A program made the position numbers and the translations under genes. A DNA stretch of 64,000 nucleotides from Chrysomallon squamiferum (lineage: Eukaryota; Animalia; Mollusca), in contig CM022671.1 in assembly GCA_012295275.1 (NCBI GenBank), positions 33,976,001 through 34,040,000 of the forward strand, in the 5' to 3' direction. This document shows positions 14,321 to 38,425 of this stretch, piece by piece; within the stretch, counting starts at the first letter, position 1, and every line of letters begins with the position of its first letter. The notes under the pieces are model-generated. The model worked only from the letters and a program-made list of their open reading frames with translations, did not search any database and was not told the DNA's origin.

Positions 14321-14586
14321 GTGAAAATATAACACTTATGTCAAAGATCATCATAAACATATGAAACCATTTTGTGCAATAAAACACACACTTTTTTTTT
14401 AACAACAGTCCAAGGAATTTATTCTCAAGATAAAATTAGTTCGTTCATTTGTTGTTGCGGTGTTGTTTTTTTATCTCCTGTTTAGTTTGTCTCTGTGTAT
14501 TTCTGTATGTGTGTGTCTGTCTGTGTATTTAATCGGAAGGCACAAAGATAAATCGAGTGCACACCCCACCCTACAGCAACCCCCCA

Positions 14587-25862
<11,276 letters not shown>

Positions 25863-26558
25863 TTCGAGTTCGTCTGGCCCCTTCCACAAACCGCGAAGTA
25901 CTGTCGTCTGCGGTTGGTTCGGAAATGGTGAATCAACGGTTTGGAAGTTGTCACTTTCGTTATTGTGTATACTGAGCTAAAAAAAGAAAATAGCAATACT
26001 GACAACAGATGTATCAAACATCCAGATATGGGTTGTCCTACTTCTAATATATTTATAACAGAGAATGATGGAAAAAGAAGGTACTTAGCGAATTTCTGTC
26101 TCGTTTTTCTTATTTTTTGTGTATTTCATTCTTTCTTTCACTCTCTCATTCTCTAACATATCTACTCCATCCACACACAAAGACACAAACTGTTCGGTAC
26201 TCATAAAATTTGTCTTAATTTAGAACTTGTAATTAATTAAATTAACAAAATATAAATGTATTTTTAACCCAAAAAATACATTTTAACCTTTTTTCTTTTC
26301 TTTTTTTCTTTTTATCTTTTACTTAGTGAGATCTTCTTAATTTTTGTACATTTTGTGCATTTATTAACGATTATCCATGTTATGGGATTTTGGTATGCAT
26401 GAAAGAGAGATATAAACAAAGAGAAAGATAGAAATATAGTGAACAAGATTGAGAGAGACAGGGAAAAAGAGACAGAAAGACAGACAGAAAGAAAGTGACT
26501 GAAAATGAGAGAAAACGATTTTAAAAGATAGAAAAACAAAGAAAGAAGTATAAAGAAA

Positions 26559-26649
<91 letters not shown>

Positions 26650-27763
26650 TGTGTATTAAGTAAATATTACTAATGTTTTAAAAGCATTATGTTTCAAAAA
26701 AGCTGGGATGAGATCACGTGTACTCTTTGAACTGTGTCACTCATCGTGAAATGAAATGCGTCGCCGAAATTCCAGATATGTCACGTCTATTATGCAACAG
26801 CATGATGTATGTATGTATGTATATATTTATATATATACATATATAAACATTCGTTAATGTTTTCATTTTTGTTTATATGTTATAACGTGTGTAGATACAT
26901 ACATACACACACGTTATATACACGTATGTAAATGAAAACATTAATGAATATAAACAAATGCATTTTTATTATTATTATTGTTGTTGTTATTGTTATTATT
27001 TTTATTATTATTTTTATTATATATATATATATATATATTATGCGTCTATTACTTAACTGAAGTTAAAATTATTAATTATGAGCAGATATTAATTAATGAC
27101 AGATACACCCATAAATTACGTATGGCTAATACAAAATTGTGACATAAAATAAAATAAAATAAAATAAAATAAAATAAAATGAAATCAATAAATGAATAAA
27201 AACTAAGAAAAACAACTGTATCAGTGATATCTAAGTGTTTACAGAGAAAAATCGCTCGCCCCAGACTTCATCGACGTCTATTTCCCGTTCTAAACTGTGC
27301 TCTTAATAATGCATGTTTTGCTGTATATGAGAAAGTAGAGACGAGCGATTTTCTGCTGCTAATTCATCGGCAAAAACAGCTATAATGGATTATTACAAAC
27401 CTACTTGTTTGGACACAAAATAACCTTGAACAATAATTGTTATGAAATACTGTAAAACAAATATTTATTCCGCTGTCGCTGTTGTTGTTGTTAACTATTG
27501 GCTGTTTATATCACTGAGGTTAATTTCGTGTCACATTCTCCTTTCACCCAGCCTGTGCTGTCTCCAGTAGGCTGACCTCATAGTTCAAAACGCGGGGGGG
27601 AGGGGCATCGACATAGATTTGACTTTGAAGATGAAATTAACTTTACTGTACGTTCTTAATAATAATAATAATAATAATAGCAAAGATAATGATAATAATA
27701 ATAATAGTAAAGATAATGGTAATAATAATAATTATAATAATAATAATAATAATAATAAAGTAA

Positions 27764-27795
<32 letters not shown>

Positions 27796-28349
27796 TAATA
27801 ATAATAATAACAATAACAATAATAATTGATTAAAAAGTATCTGCTTAAAAATCTAACAATCTAGAAAAGATGGGAAAGTATGACAATTTATTTTAATTCT
27901 TTATTCTCTTATCAAATGTAATTAAAAATTATGAATATAACAAAAACATTTTTGAAAGTGTATTAAATACAATATATAAAAAACAATCAAAATATTTCTA
28001 AAATATGTTAAGTAAACATCTGAAAATAATTTAGATTAACAGAATACAATTAACTTATTTCTGTAATGATTTAACCTCACCCAATTTTAAAAAGTTAAAT
28101 TTGAAAATATTAGTTTAATTAAAATATTTAGAAAATAGACTATAAAAACATTTCTTAAAACTAGTGATATTAGAATGTTAATAATTGTTATAAATAAAAA
28201 TCATTATTTTAACAAAACTAAGTCTGAATTAATCAAACAATTTTTAAATAATTTAAAATGGTAGTTTTCGGTTACAGCTTTCAGACAAGATGTGAAATAA
28301 TTATCAAAAATTAGCATACAAATAGTTTTTAATTATAATAATAGCTCTC

Positions 28350-28393
<44 letters not shown>

Positions 28394-28633
28394 TAATAAT
28401 ATAAATAACAATTTTTAGTGGTCAGATTAGTAAAAGAAATTTAAAAATATATTTAATATATTCAAATACTTCAGATAAATAAATAACTAAATAAATAAAT
28501 AAAAAAATTCCAGAAAGGCTGCTTAATAAACAATTAATAATAACCAGTAAATAAAAAGGCCTCATTCATGAAACATCACAGATTTTTCATTTTGAACTAT
28601 AAACAAAATTAAGAGTGAAAATTCATATTGTCA

Positions 28634-28727
<94 letters not shown>

Positions 28728-29244
28728 CAAACATTCAGACACATACAAACAAATATGATAAATTCGCATAACAGGCATGACTTACATACAGCTATATAAG
28801 CACATACAAACATATATATACATATACATATAAGCATATAGATACTTAAATGTATATGTGCCATGCAATATACAAACAACACATCTCTGTATTCATTTCA
28901 ACAAGTTGGGATTCAAAAGAATGGTATGACACAACAAACACATCAAAATAATGAGACAAAAATACAAATATTTGTATAAGAATAAAAACAATCCTAATTG
29001 CTGTCACACTGTTTACAAATATTTTTCAAACATTCTAATTTGCCCTAGACAGTAATATAAACATAATTTACTCACAAACTATTATGACTAGCAGATTAAA
29101 ACAATTTCGGCTAAATTAAACAAAACATGTACAATAAATAAATAACTAAACCAAAGAGGAAAAAAGATTAACAAAATCAAATATTGTGATACATTACTTT
29201 TTCCTTCTTTTCTTTTAATATAAGTTAACTTTGTGTGAAACAGA

Positions 29245-29620
29245 TGACTCGAGGCCTTTGTAAAAGGAGCAACTCATGGCCTTCATACAAGAAGAAAGCC
29301 CAGGCCTGTGTATTGACAGTAAATCAAAGGCTACATGAAATAAATAAACCAAGGCATCTGTTAAACAGGTGAATCAAGGCCTGTATAAGCAATAGCCTAA
29401 GTGAGTCTGATAAATTAAGGCCTTCACAAATGATATAAAATAAGGCCTTTGTCACGTTTGTGACTAAAATATATCAAAGTACAACTTGGGTAAATCAAGG
29501 CCTATGACTCAGACAATTCAAAGCTTATGAATCAGACAATTCAAAGCTAATGAATCAGACAATTCAAAGCTAATGAATCAGACAATTCAAGAACTCTGAA
29601 TCTGATATTATAAGGCCCAC
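29245..29620. repeat. 23-bp minisatellite: 4 near-perfect copies at about 29505-29597, flanked by decayed copies
   Basis: tcagacaattcaaagctaatgaa starts at 29509, 29532, 29555 and 29578. A recurring aaggcc core flanks it at similar spacing. Confidence 0.8.
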
Positions 29621-30469
29621 TTGACTCAAGGAAATAAAGGCACCTGATGAAAACTAACGGGTTTTTTAAATAAAAAATACAAAATAGTATTTAGTAAAAC
29701 AAGAAAAATACATCCAGTTTAACAGTTTCACACCAATTATATTCTAAAAAAAAATAAAAAATGATGAATCAAAATCTTTAACTATAATGATAATCACTCC
29801 ATATATAAAATTAACTTCAGTGAAATATACAAGATATTCATTATGAATAATACTCTTTTTTTTTAATCTATGTAATTTTCAATCATTTACACAATACTGT
29901 CTAATTAATTATATAATATTATGAATTTTTCATAAACTAAAAGCCATTTACATATTTTTAATTAAACATAATGGTTTTAAAACCTCTGTAGTGTACAAAC
30001 GATACTCATATTTTACATAATCTGGTTCAGAATAAACCATTACAATATGCCAGTAAGCTGTTAACACTAATACTCATTTATTATGATGTTTCAGGTTTTA
30101 TTAATTGTGATACAAGGCACAAAAAACTAAATGTACAATCTTAAAAAATAAATGTATTTATGCCTTTTAAACAAGCCTATTGCTGCATTCAATATAACTG
30201 AATATAAATCCTACATAAAATTTATTTTAGAATACAAAGAAAGGCTCGTCAATGATTCTCTGTTTTATGTCATAAATCTCTCTCAGAATTCATAATTCTT
30301 CTGTACTGCATATTATCATTAAATAGATTCGTAATCTCCTTTAATGTTTTTTTGTCTTTTGTTTTTATTTGTTAACTTTATAAGTATGCAAAAACAAGTA
30401 ATAATAACATAAACTCCTGGCCTAAAAAAATCTGAAAAAGAAATAAGGTTTAATGATTCATGACCTACT

Positions 30470-30505
<36 letters not shown>

Positions 30506-30985
30506 CCATTTCTTTCTTTTATTTTTTTATTCATTAAACTGAGAGAAAAGCTATTCATAGTTATCCCCCTTTGTCCTGAAATGGAACTATTAAAGTTCTG
30601 TTTTAAATCCTTTTTTTTAATATAAAAATGATAAAGCATCATTTTGTTTCTTTTACTCCATCTTCTATCACAAATTTAGCAAATACAACAAATCAAACTT
30701 TTCATACTTTTGGTTTTAATCTGGGAAAGAAACAATTCACACAAAAGATTTTAATGTGCATTGTCATTCAGATCTTGTCACACAACAAAAACCTTTAAAG
30801 AGTAAAAAAACAACCAAACAATGAAATTAAGAATAAAATGGGGAAAAAAAGGCCTATTATTTTAAAATACTGACAAAACAATTTTGAGCATGAACATTTT
30901 TTATCGACTTCTTCAAATATCTAACAGAACACAGATTTAAACATATTTTGTTCCATCAACAAAATAAAACAAATAATAATAATTA

Positions 30986-31051
<66 letters not shown>

Positions 31052-31675
31052 TTTGTGTGTGAGATAATACAATTATTAAGTTAACATTTTTTTTTTTTTT
31101 TTTTTTAAAATCTTATTTCTTTTTTTTTTCTTTTTTATCAACATAATTTGTAAATTTATACAGTGTGAAGAACAGTTCACTCTGTCATATTACACAGATC
31201 ATGGTTTGTGGTTTTCTGATTATAGCAAAAAGCATATAAAAGAAATCTTACTGCAAAACTTGTAAGAGTATCTCATGAAGTCTGGCTGACATTATTTTTA
31301 ATCATTCAATAAAATGATAATATATCACAACTGTTATTAAAAAAATTTGATGTGGTGTTATTAAATAAATATATTTTTTAATTTGTTAGTTATTTTTAAA
31401 ATCTAATGCTGTTTCATTTTCAAAAAATCTATTAATACCAAAATTAGTTATAGTATTATTAAAAAAAAAAAGTAAAAAATATTAAAATAATTAAAAGATT
31501 TGAAAATTCATTCCCTCATTAACCAACAAAAAAAAAAAAAAAAAATCATTTTGTCCATATACATTTAAACAAATACTCATTCTTTCATTCATTCAGAATT
31601 AAATTTTGAGCTTAAATAATCTGAAAGAAAATAATTATGATTATATTTCTGTTGTCTTTCAAAACAATGACCTCA

Positions 31676-32319
31676 TTATCTGCGAGGCAAGATGACTGGC
31701 TGTGCATCGTAACTTGGCATCTGCTCGCAGTCCAATTCGGACAGAGCAAGATAGTTCTTCAGCTGTCTTGGCAAACAGAAATGGTTGATTTTCGGTTCTG
31801 GGTGTTCTCCGAGTTTGCGACGTATAACCTGGCGACAGTAAAACTGCAGAGACTGTGGTGTTTGAGTCAAATCCTGGAGATACTCGCAGAACTGGGTGTG
31901 CAAACTTAGCTGTTTAGGAATGTCACCTGACTGAAGAAGAACAAGTCAACATATTTTATCATGGTTGTGTTTTAGTAAGAGCATTGAAAACCAGGACAGG
32001 CATACACACAAATATACACATGTACTCTGAACTATACAGATGTTACAAGTACATATTCTCATAAATGTACAAATGTAGAAACATACTAACAAATTTCAGA
32101 TGCACAGAAAAATATGTGCCTTCACAAACAAATATTAAACATGTGATATATGCTACAGACACACCAACACATAAACTGATAAAAATTCTGTGCAGAAACA
32201 CATTTTTATACAAATTCAAATGCACTGTCACATGCTCATAATGTGTCATTTAAACGTTTAAATTAATAGATATGTACACTAACATGGATACAAAAATGCA
32301 TAAATTAAAACATATCCAG

Positions 32320-32369
<50 letters not shown>

Positions 32370-32999
32370 GACATACAGACAACTGCACTATTCATATACA
32401 CACACATTCCTGTTTCAAACATCATCAGTGTTAATTTCCCACTGAGGACTGATCCTGCAGCCAACAGTTCGTCAATCCAGTCATTCTACAATCAGTAATA
32501 CACACCTTGTTTCTGTAAGTTAAATCAGCGCCTGCAGAAATGAGGTACTGTATGACACTGAGCTGCCCATTGCAAGCAGCAAGGTACATGGGTGTGACAC
32601 CCCAGTTGTCTGCACAGTTTACATTTGCACCATGCTGCAAAATAAAAACATTTTTCAAATCTACATATTCTCGTAAACAGTTACGACAACATCTGCTGTG
32701 TATAAGATTGAGAGAAAAAGAAAAAGAAAATTTTTCTAGAAGAAGTAGATATAAAAATGTAAATTGTTTAATTTTTCTTATTTTCCTTTCTTTCTTTTTT
32801 GTAAAGGAATAATTGATAGTTTTTAACTTGTTAATAAACGAAAAATTTATTCATAATACTGTACATGTACTAATCTTAGTTAATACCATATTAAATGATT
32901 AATAGTAAGTAGATGAAAAAATTAAAATTATTTAAATGTTCTTCTCTTTACTTTCTTTATTGTGACTCTATAAGGGATAATTGACACTTTTTAATTTGT

Positions 33000-33030
<31 letters not shown>

Positions 33031-34035
33031 TAATTAATTAATTAAAGTATAGTATCTTAATTACATGTAAAGATCTTAACGAAAAATGAGTACCGTAATC
33101 AAAAGTTGGTAACTTATATAAAAGATGTTGCAATGGACACAGAATATTACATGTGTCTCAAACAAAAGTGCCTTTACTAAATATAAAAAACTGACATATT
33201 AATTAAATGTAGGTACCTTAATCAGAAGTAGGGCACAGTCAGGGTACAAACTGACAACTGCATGTAGAGGAGTTCCTCCATGTCGACACTTAGTGTTCAC
33301 TTTTGCTCCAAATTTCAACAACTCCTCAATACAAGCTTTGTGTCCCTTATAAGCTGCCCAGTATAATGGGGTTTTTCCATAGTAATCCTTACGATTCAAA
33401 TTAAATGTTCCTGAAAAAAGCGTAAAGAGGCAAAGAGTTAAATTTAAGTTGATATGGTGCAGAAGTTATTTTGATTCTAATTTCTATTTCATGCATTAAC
33501 AGCACAATTGTTTCTGAGAAACACAGAGAATATATGTGTACATGTGTGTCTGTGTGTCTGTGTGTATTTATAATTGGGTATGAATGTTTGTTTGAACTAG
33601 ATATTACAGCTGCTTATAAGTAGAATTACAGATTTTCTGCAGGGCAGATTTTCAAAGATTATCGTAAATATTTTTCAGTATAAAACAACTGTTGCTGTTA
33701 AAAGAAAAAAATACCTTCTTTTTTTTTTTAAAGACAATACATCAATATATCAAATATTTAAAAATCAACATTTCAAATGTTTATATAAATCAATAAATAA
33801 AACAATGCAATTTTGTTTTCTTTTAGGTAATAATGGTTATACCAGTTTTGTGAATAATTTCTTGAATTCTGCGAACATTGCCATGACTAGATGCATAGTG
33901 CAGATCAGTCCAATTGTGATTGTAGCTGGGAGGAGTGAGTTTGTAGCAGTATGTCGTTGGTTCCTTGGTGAGCTGGGAGTCTCTTGAATCACATAATGAC
34001 AAATTACTTATCTTCACACCCATCAGAATTTCCAT
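31676..34035 (-). CDS. ASB: Ankyrin repeat and SOCS box protein (ASB family, about 4 ankyrin repeats); ~256 aa
   Basis: Exons 34035-33843, 33410-33217, 32634-32506 and 31930-31676 (771 nt, in frame). Ankyrin motifs WTDLHYAS, GKTPLYWAA, GGTPLHAV and GVTPMYLAA. SOCS box PQSLQFYCRQVIR...LPRQLKNYL. The symbol is family-level only. Confidence 0.92.
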
Positions 34036-34197
34036 CTGTCAACACTACTCCATCATTCCAATTTGTCAGTTAGAAAATCTGAACTAAAACAAACTGGGGA
34101 AAAAATTTAAAAAAAAGAAATAAAAAGAAAAAAAAAATTGAGACAAAAATTACAATGTAAGAAAGAAAGCCAAATTTATTTGGATTATTGTTTAGGT

Positions 34198-34230
<33 letters not shown>

Positions 34231-34859
34231 TTTTTTTTATGTTTATTTCTTTAAAATGTTGTGTATTTCTAGACATGCTTTTTGGTTTTTGTTCTGCAGG
34301 GATGGTATTGTTATTTTTATTTGTTTTATATATTAATTATTAAGCTATATTATACATGTTATATTATTAGTAGTATACAAAATTATATATTGGTTAGTTA
34401 ATAACAAAATAATAATAATAAAATGTGAATACACCTTTTAGTTTTACATTTGTCTTTTGTTTATATGAGACCTCTCACTATAAGAATCAAAACCACACTG
34501 CCATAACTTTTAACTATAACAGTAACTGAGTAAGCTCTATTAAAAGCTGAAGTTCCTGGATTAATTTAGGGGATAATCCGACAAGTTAAGTTCATACCCG
34601 ATGGTGATTAGAATTTTGAAAGAAACAAAATCATGAGGATTTAAATGCTTAAATGACATGTATAAGCAATTTACAGATATTGATAATATAATAATAATCT
34701 AAACCACATTCAAAAATTTGTTTACATTATTATGATTATGATTATCATGATTAATTTTAATAGTACATTTACACATTATGACTAATCCATAATTTATAAA
34801 TCTCTGATAGAGTTAAAACATTTATTTATTTTAATATTATGCAATTATGCATACGTAAC

Positions 34860-35420
34860 TTTAATTACCTGGACATAATATTAAGTTGAATTCTTATCAT
34901 ATTATTTCTTGAGATGTTTCTCACGTTCCTTTCTTTCCAACTGGCTGCAACACCGGAAGTTATTTTGTTGTTGTTATTTATTCTCTCAGTGACAAGGAGT
35001 CCTCAAATAGCGACACTTATGTAACTATTTTCCTCCGATTACGATATGTTGAAAAAATATTAAAAATATTTTTGTTGTTATTTTGGAAGGATTATTATTT
35101 ATTTCTGATATCTTTTTTCTTTTACAGTATACACAAGTTATATGTAAAAGAAAGTAAAAGAACTTGGAAACATATATGATATAAATACAAAAAAGTTAGA
35201 AATAATAAAACAAAAAGGATGTTAAGATAGAAAATAGCATAATAAAGAGACAACTATGATAAGTTACAATGAAAAAAATAAATGTAATGATCAATTTTGG
35301 TTCTTTTCTTTTGTTAGTAACGCCTGGTTTACTGAGCTACTTCCGTTGCCACGGTTTGTAACTTCCTTGTTCGGTAATGCTGACGACAGCGCGTGTACAA
35401 TTCAACTGTATTCAAAATAA
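34860..35420. promoter_or_regulatory. Putative bidirectional promoter between the ASB and SLC37-like genes
   Basis: The genes are head-to-head with ATGs 2.3 kb apart. CpGs reappear locally. ETS-type motifs CCGGAAGT (34953-34960) and ACTTCCG (35339-35345). A candidate minus-strand 5'UTR donor CAG|GTAATT lies at about 34868. Confidence 0.6.
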
Positions 35421-35859
35421 CACTGTAATTATCACTTTTCCTTAATTTGGTTTCAGATTTGCAAGGAATGCTTGTCATCTTATCTTAAATCCAACCACAG
35501 ATGTATATTATGAATCACTATACTTGATTGTTTGCAACTTAAGACTTGCTGAACTTTTCTTTTTACTGACTTTATCATGAATTACTCTTATACCGACAAT
35601 CAATAATTAAATAAATCCAACGTCATCATTCATCAATCATTCAATGACATTCGACACATTGCTTATTGTAGATATTATTAATAATATTAAAATAGTATTT
35701 ATTAAATTGCCATTATATCTTGAAAGTATTTGCCCCTCAAAAAAGTATTGATAGTGACAGGAATACTTCAAATTCATAAGTGCTAAGTAAGATAATGTAT
35801 TTATGTTTTGTGAAATTTTTTTTATTTAAGTATGTGAGTTTTATATTATTTTACTATCC

Positions 35860-35947
<88 letters not shown>

Positions 35948-36371
35948 TCAAAATAGCATTTCCAGTTAATTTTCCTAACATACAACTGCATTTATTTTTT
36001 ATTATAAATAATAAAGTTTCATAATCAATTATTTGATGCCAAAAGATGTCTGTGTAGTGTATGACTTTTTAACCCAGAGTTTCTGCTGGATTAATCAGCT
36101 GTTAAGAGTTTATAATAATGATGACAAAAACAATAGAAAAGGTCATCTAACCCTCCAATAGAAACCTTAAATGTCACTAACTGGATCACAAGGCATCTAA
36201 CAATATGTAATTCTTAACCATAAAATAAATGCTATAACCTCAAGACTGTAGAGTTAAGGTTATACAGAACACTTTATTACAACAATCAAATCCAGACTTT
36301 TGGGTAACTGTTTCGAAATGATAAGAAAATTATAAAAATGTTATACAGTAATAATATTTTATTTCAGCAAC

Positions 36372-38380
36372 ATGGCTGCTAGTCTTAAACAGAGGCAGGC
36401 ATACATATTTATACTTGGATGGATTGCATATGCTTCAACATACTTTCTTCGAAAACCACTGGGAGTGGTAAGTTTTATGTTACCTTCTGAGATGTCTTTG
36501 CACCTAAAAGTTGCTGGTTTTTTCTTTCTTTTTTGCACTGATCAATATAAATATTTTGCCAATATTTCTGTTTTCAAGGATTATTTCTGTTTATCATTTA
36601 AACTGTTAGATAATTATTTTCTGTAATTTAATTTTGAATGGAGAAATGGTTAATACTGATAAGTTACTTTTCTTGTTAGAAAATCATCTGCAAATCACAG
36701 TATGCTTCTTTTTAACTGTTGTTATAGAGTTTTTTATTCATTTATTTATTTATTTATTTTTAATTTTTTGTTCACATTAGTTAATAGTTATTTTAAAATG
36801 CCTTAATATATACTTACAGATAAAAGCTGAAATAGAAATAGCTTTGCCTGTAACTAGAGCTGAGTTAGGCTGGCTGGATTCTGCTCTGCTATTTCCCTAT
36901 GCCTTTATACAGGTCAGTTAAATAACCAAATAATTTAAACTGAGATGATCCACAATACAAACAAACTTTTAAATTATCATAATAAATGCTGATTTAGAAT
37001 ATAATCTAATATATATTTTTACAACTTCAAATATTTAACCAAAGACATTTTAGTTTTCTGTTTTCTATTATTGTTAGTTTTCTCTTGTATATATAATGTA
37101 AATATTTTACTCTCTCTCTCTCTCTCTCTTTTTCTCTCGCTTTCATTTTACTTTTAAATACCTAGTTTTAATTAATGAAATGTTCAAGGAACAATTCAAA
37201 ATGTTTTTATTATTTATTTTCATAGATGTTATTTGGACATGTGGGTGACAAATTTGGTTCAAGATTGACATTTGGAGTTTGTCTTATTCTGTCAGCAGTA
37301 TCGATGGTGTGTATTAAAGTATTACTTTTGTTAAATAATTTATCATTATTATTGTTATTGGTGTTGTTGTTGTTATTAAATAATAAAATAATTTGAAAAT
37401 AATGCCAAAGTAAGGTATATGAAGAATGAACATCAGTTTTCTGACTTGGATAGTTCAAATATGATAACAGAATAACTTACAACAAATGCATATTTTTACA
37501 CACTGAAAATTTTAATGTTTTTTTTTACATAACATGAAGCATTGTCACAAAGGTTAAAAAAAATATATTTATATGTATCAATTTTATTGTCTCTCACACA
37601 CACACACACACATATAATAAATTCTGCTTTTAAGATGTATGAATTATTGATGTTTGGAATTAATATTAATGAATAATCAGGTTTTTTTGAGTTTTCACAT
37701 ACATATAATTATTTGTCTAAATCTGTATGTCTGCACTGAAGTTTTATGTCAATCAGTCTTTTTTATTGTTATATTCTGTCAGACATAATTTATTTTTCAG
37801 TACATACTGTTCATTGTATGATTCAGCATTATTATCAGTCCATTAACTTAATTCCAGAGACATGTTAATTTAATTTAGTTAATTTTTTTTTTTTATTTTA
37901 TTTTATTTTCTGGTTTTTAATAAAGTAAAGCAGATAACTGTTATATTTCAGGGCTCATTTGAATGTAATATTCAGTGTTTATCATTTTAACATGTCTTAT
38001 GTTCACAAAGGTTTTTTCTTGTTTTTTATAACATAATGTATGACTATTTCAAAACTGAATAAATTAATTGGATTATTTGAAAAAATACATATTGATCAGA
38101 GGTGAGCTGGTACTGTCGTTTTTTTTTGGGGGGGGGATTTTGGTGTTTTTTTTAGCAAATAGTAATGGTAATAATTATAAAGTTGTCATGACAACCAACC
38201 TGAAATTGTTACTATGGATCTTTTAAAACTTTAAAAAAAAAAAATAATAATAATTTAAAAGTTAAAAATATTTTTGTTATTTTAGAAAATATATAAAACA
38301 ATTTATTTCTGATTTACTAACAAAATGTATTGGATTTTTTGTCATTTGCTTTTATTTTAGTTTTTTATGTAATTGCTGTA

Positions 38381-38425
<45 letters not shown>

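Noticed and set aside
31676-34035. Ankyrin repeats as the intracellular domain of a Notch gene linked to the EGF array
   Set aside because: They lie upstream of the EGF exons on the minus strand, have their own ATG and stop, and end in a SOCS box.
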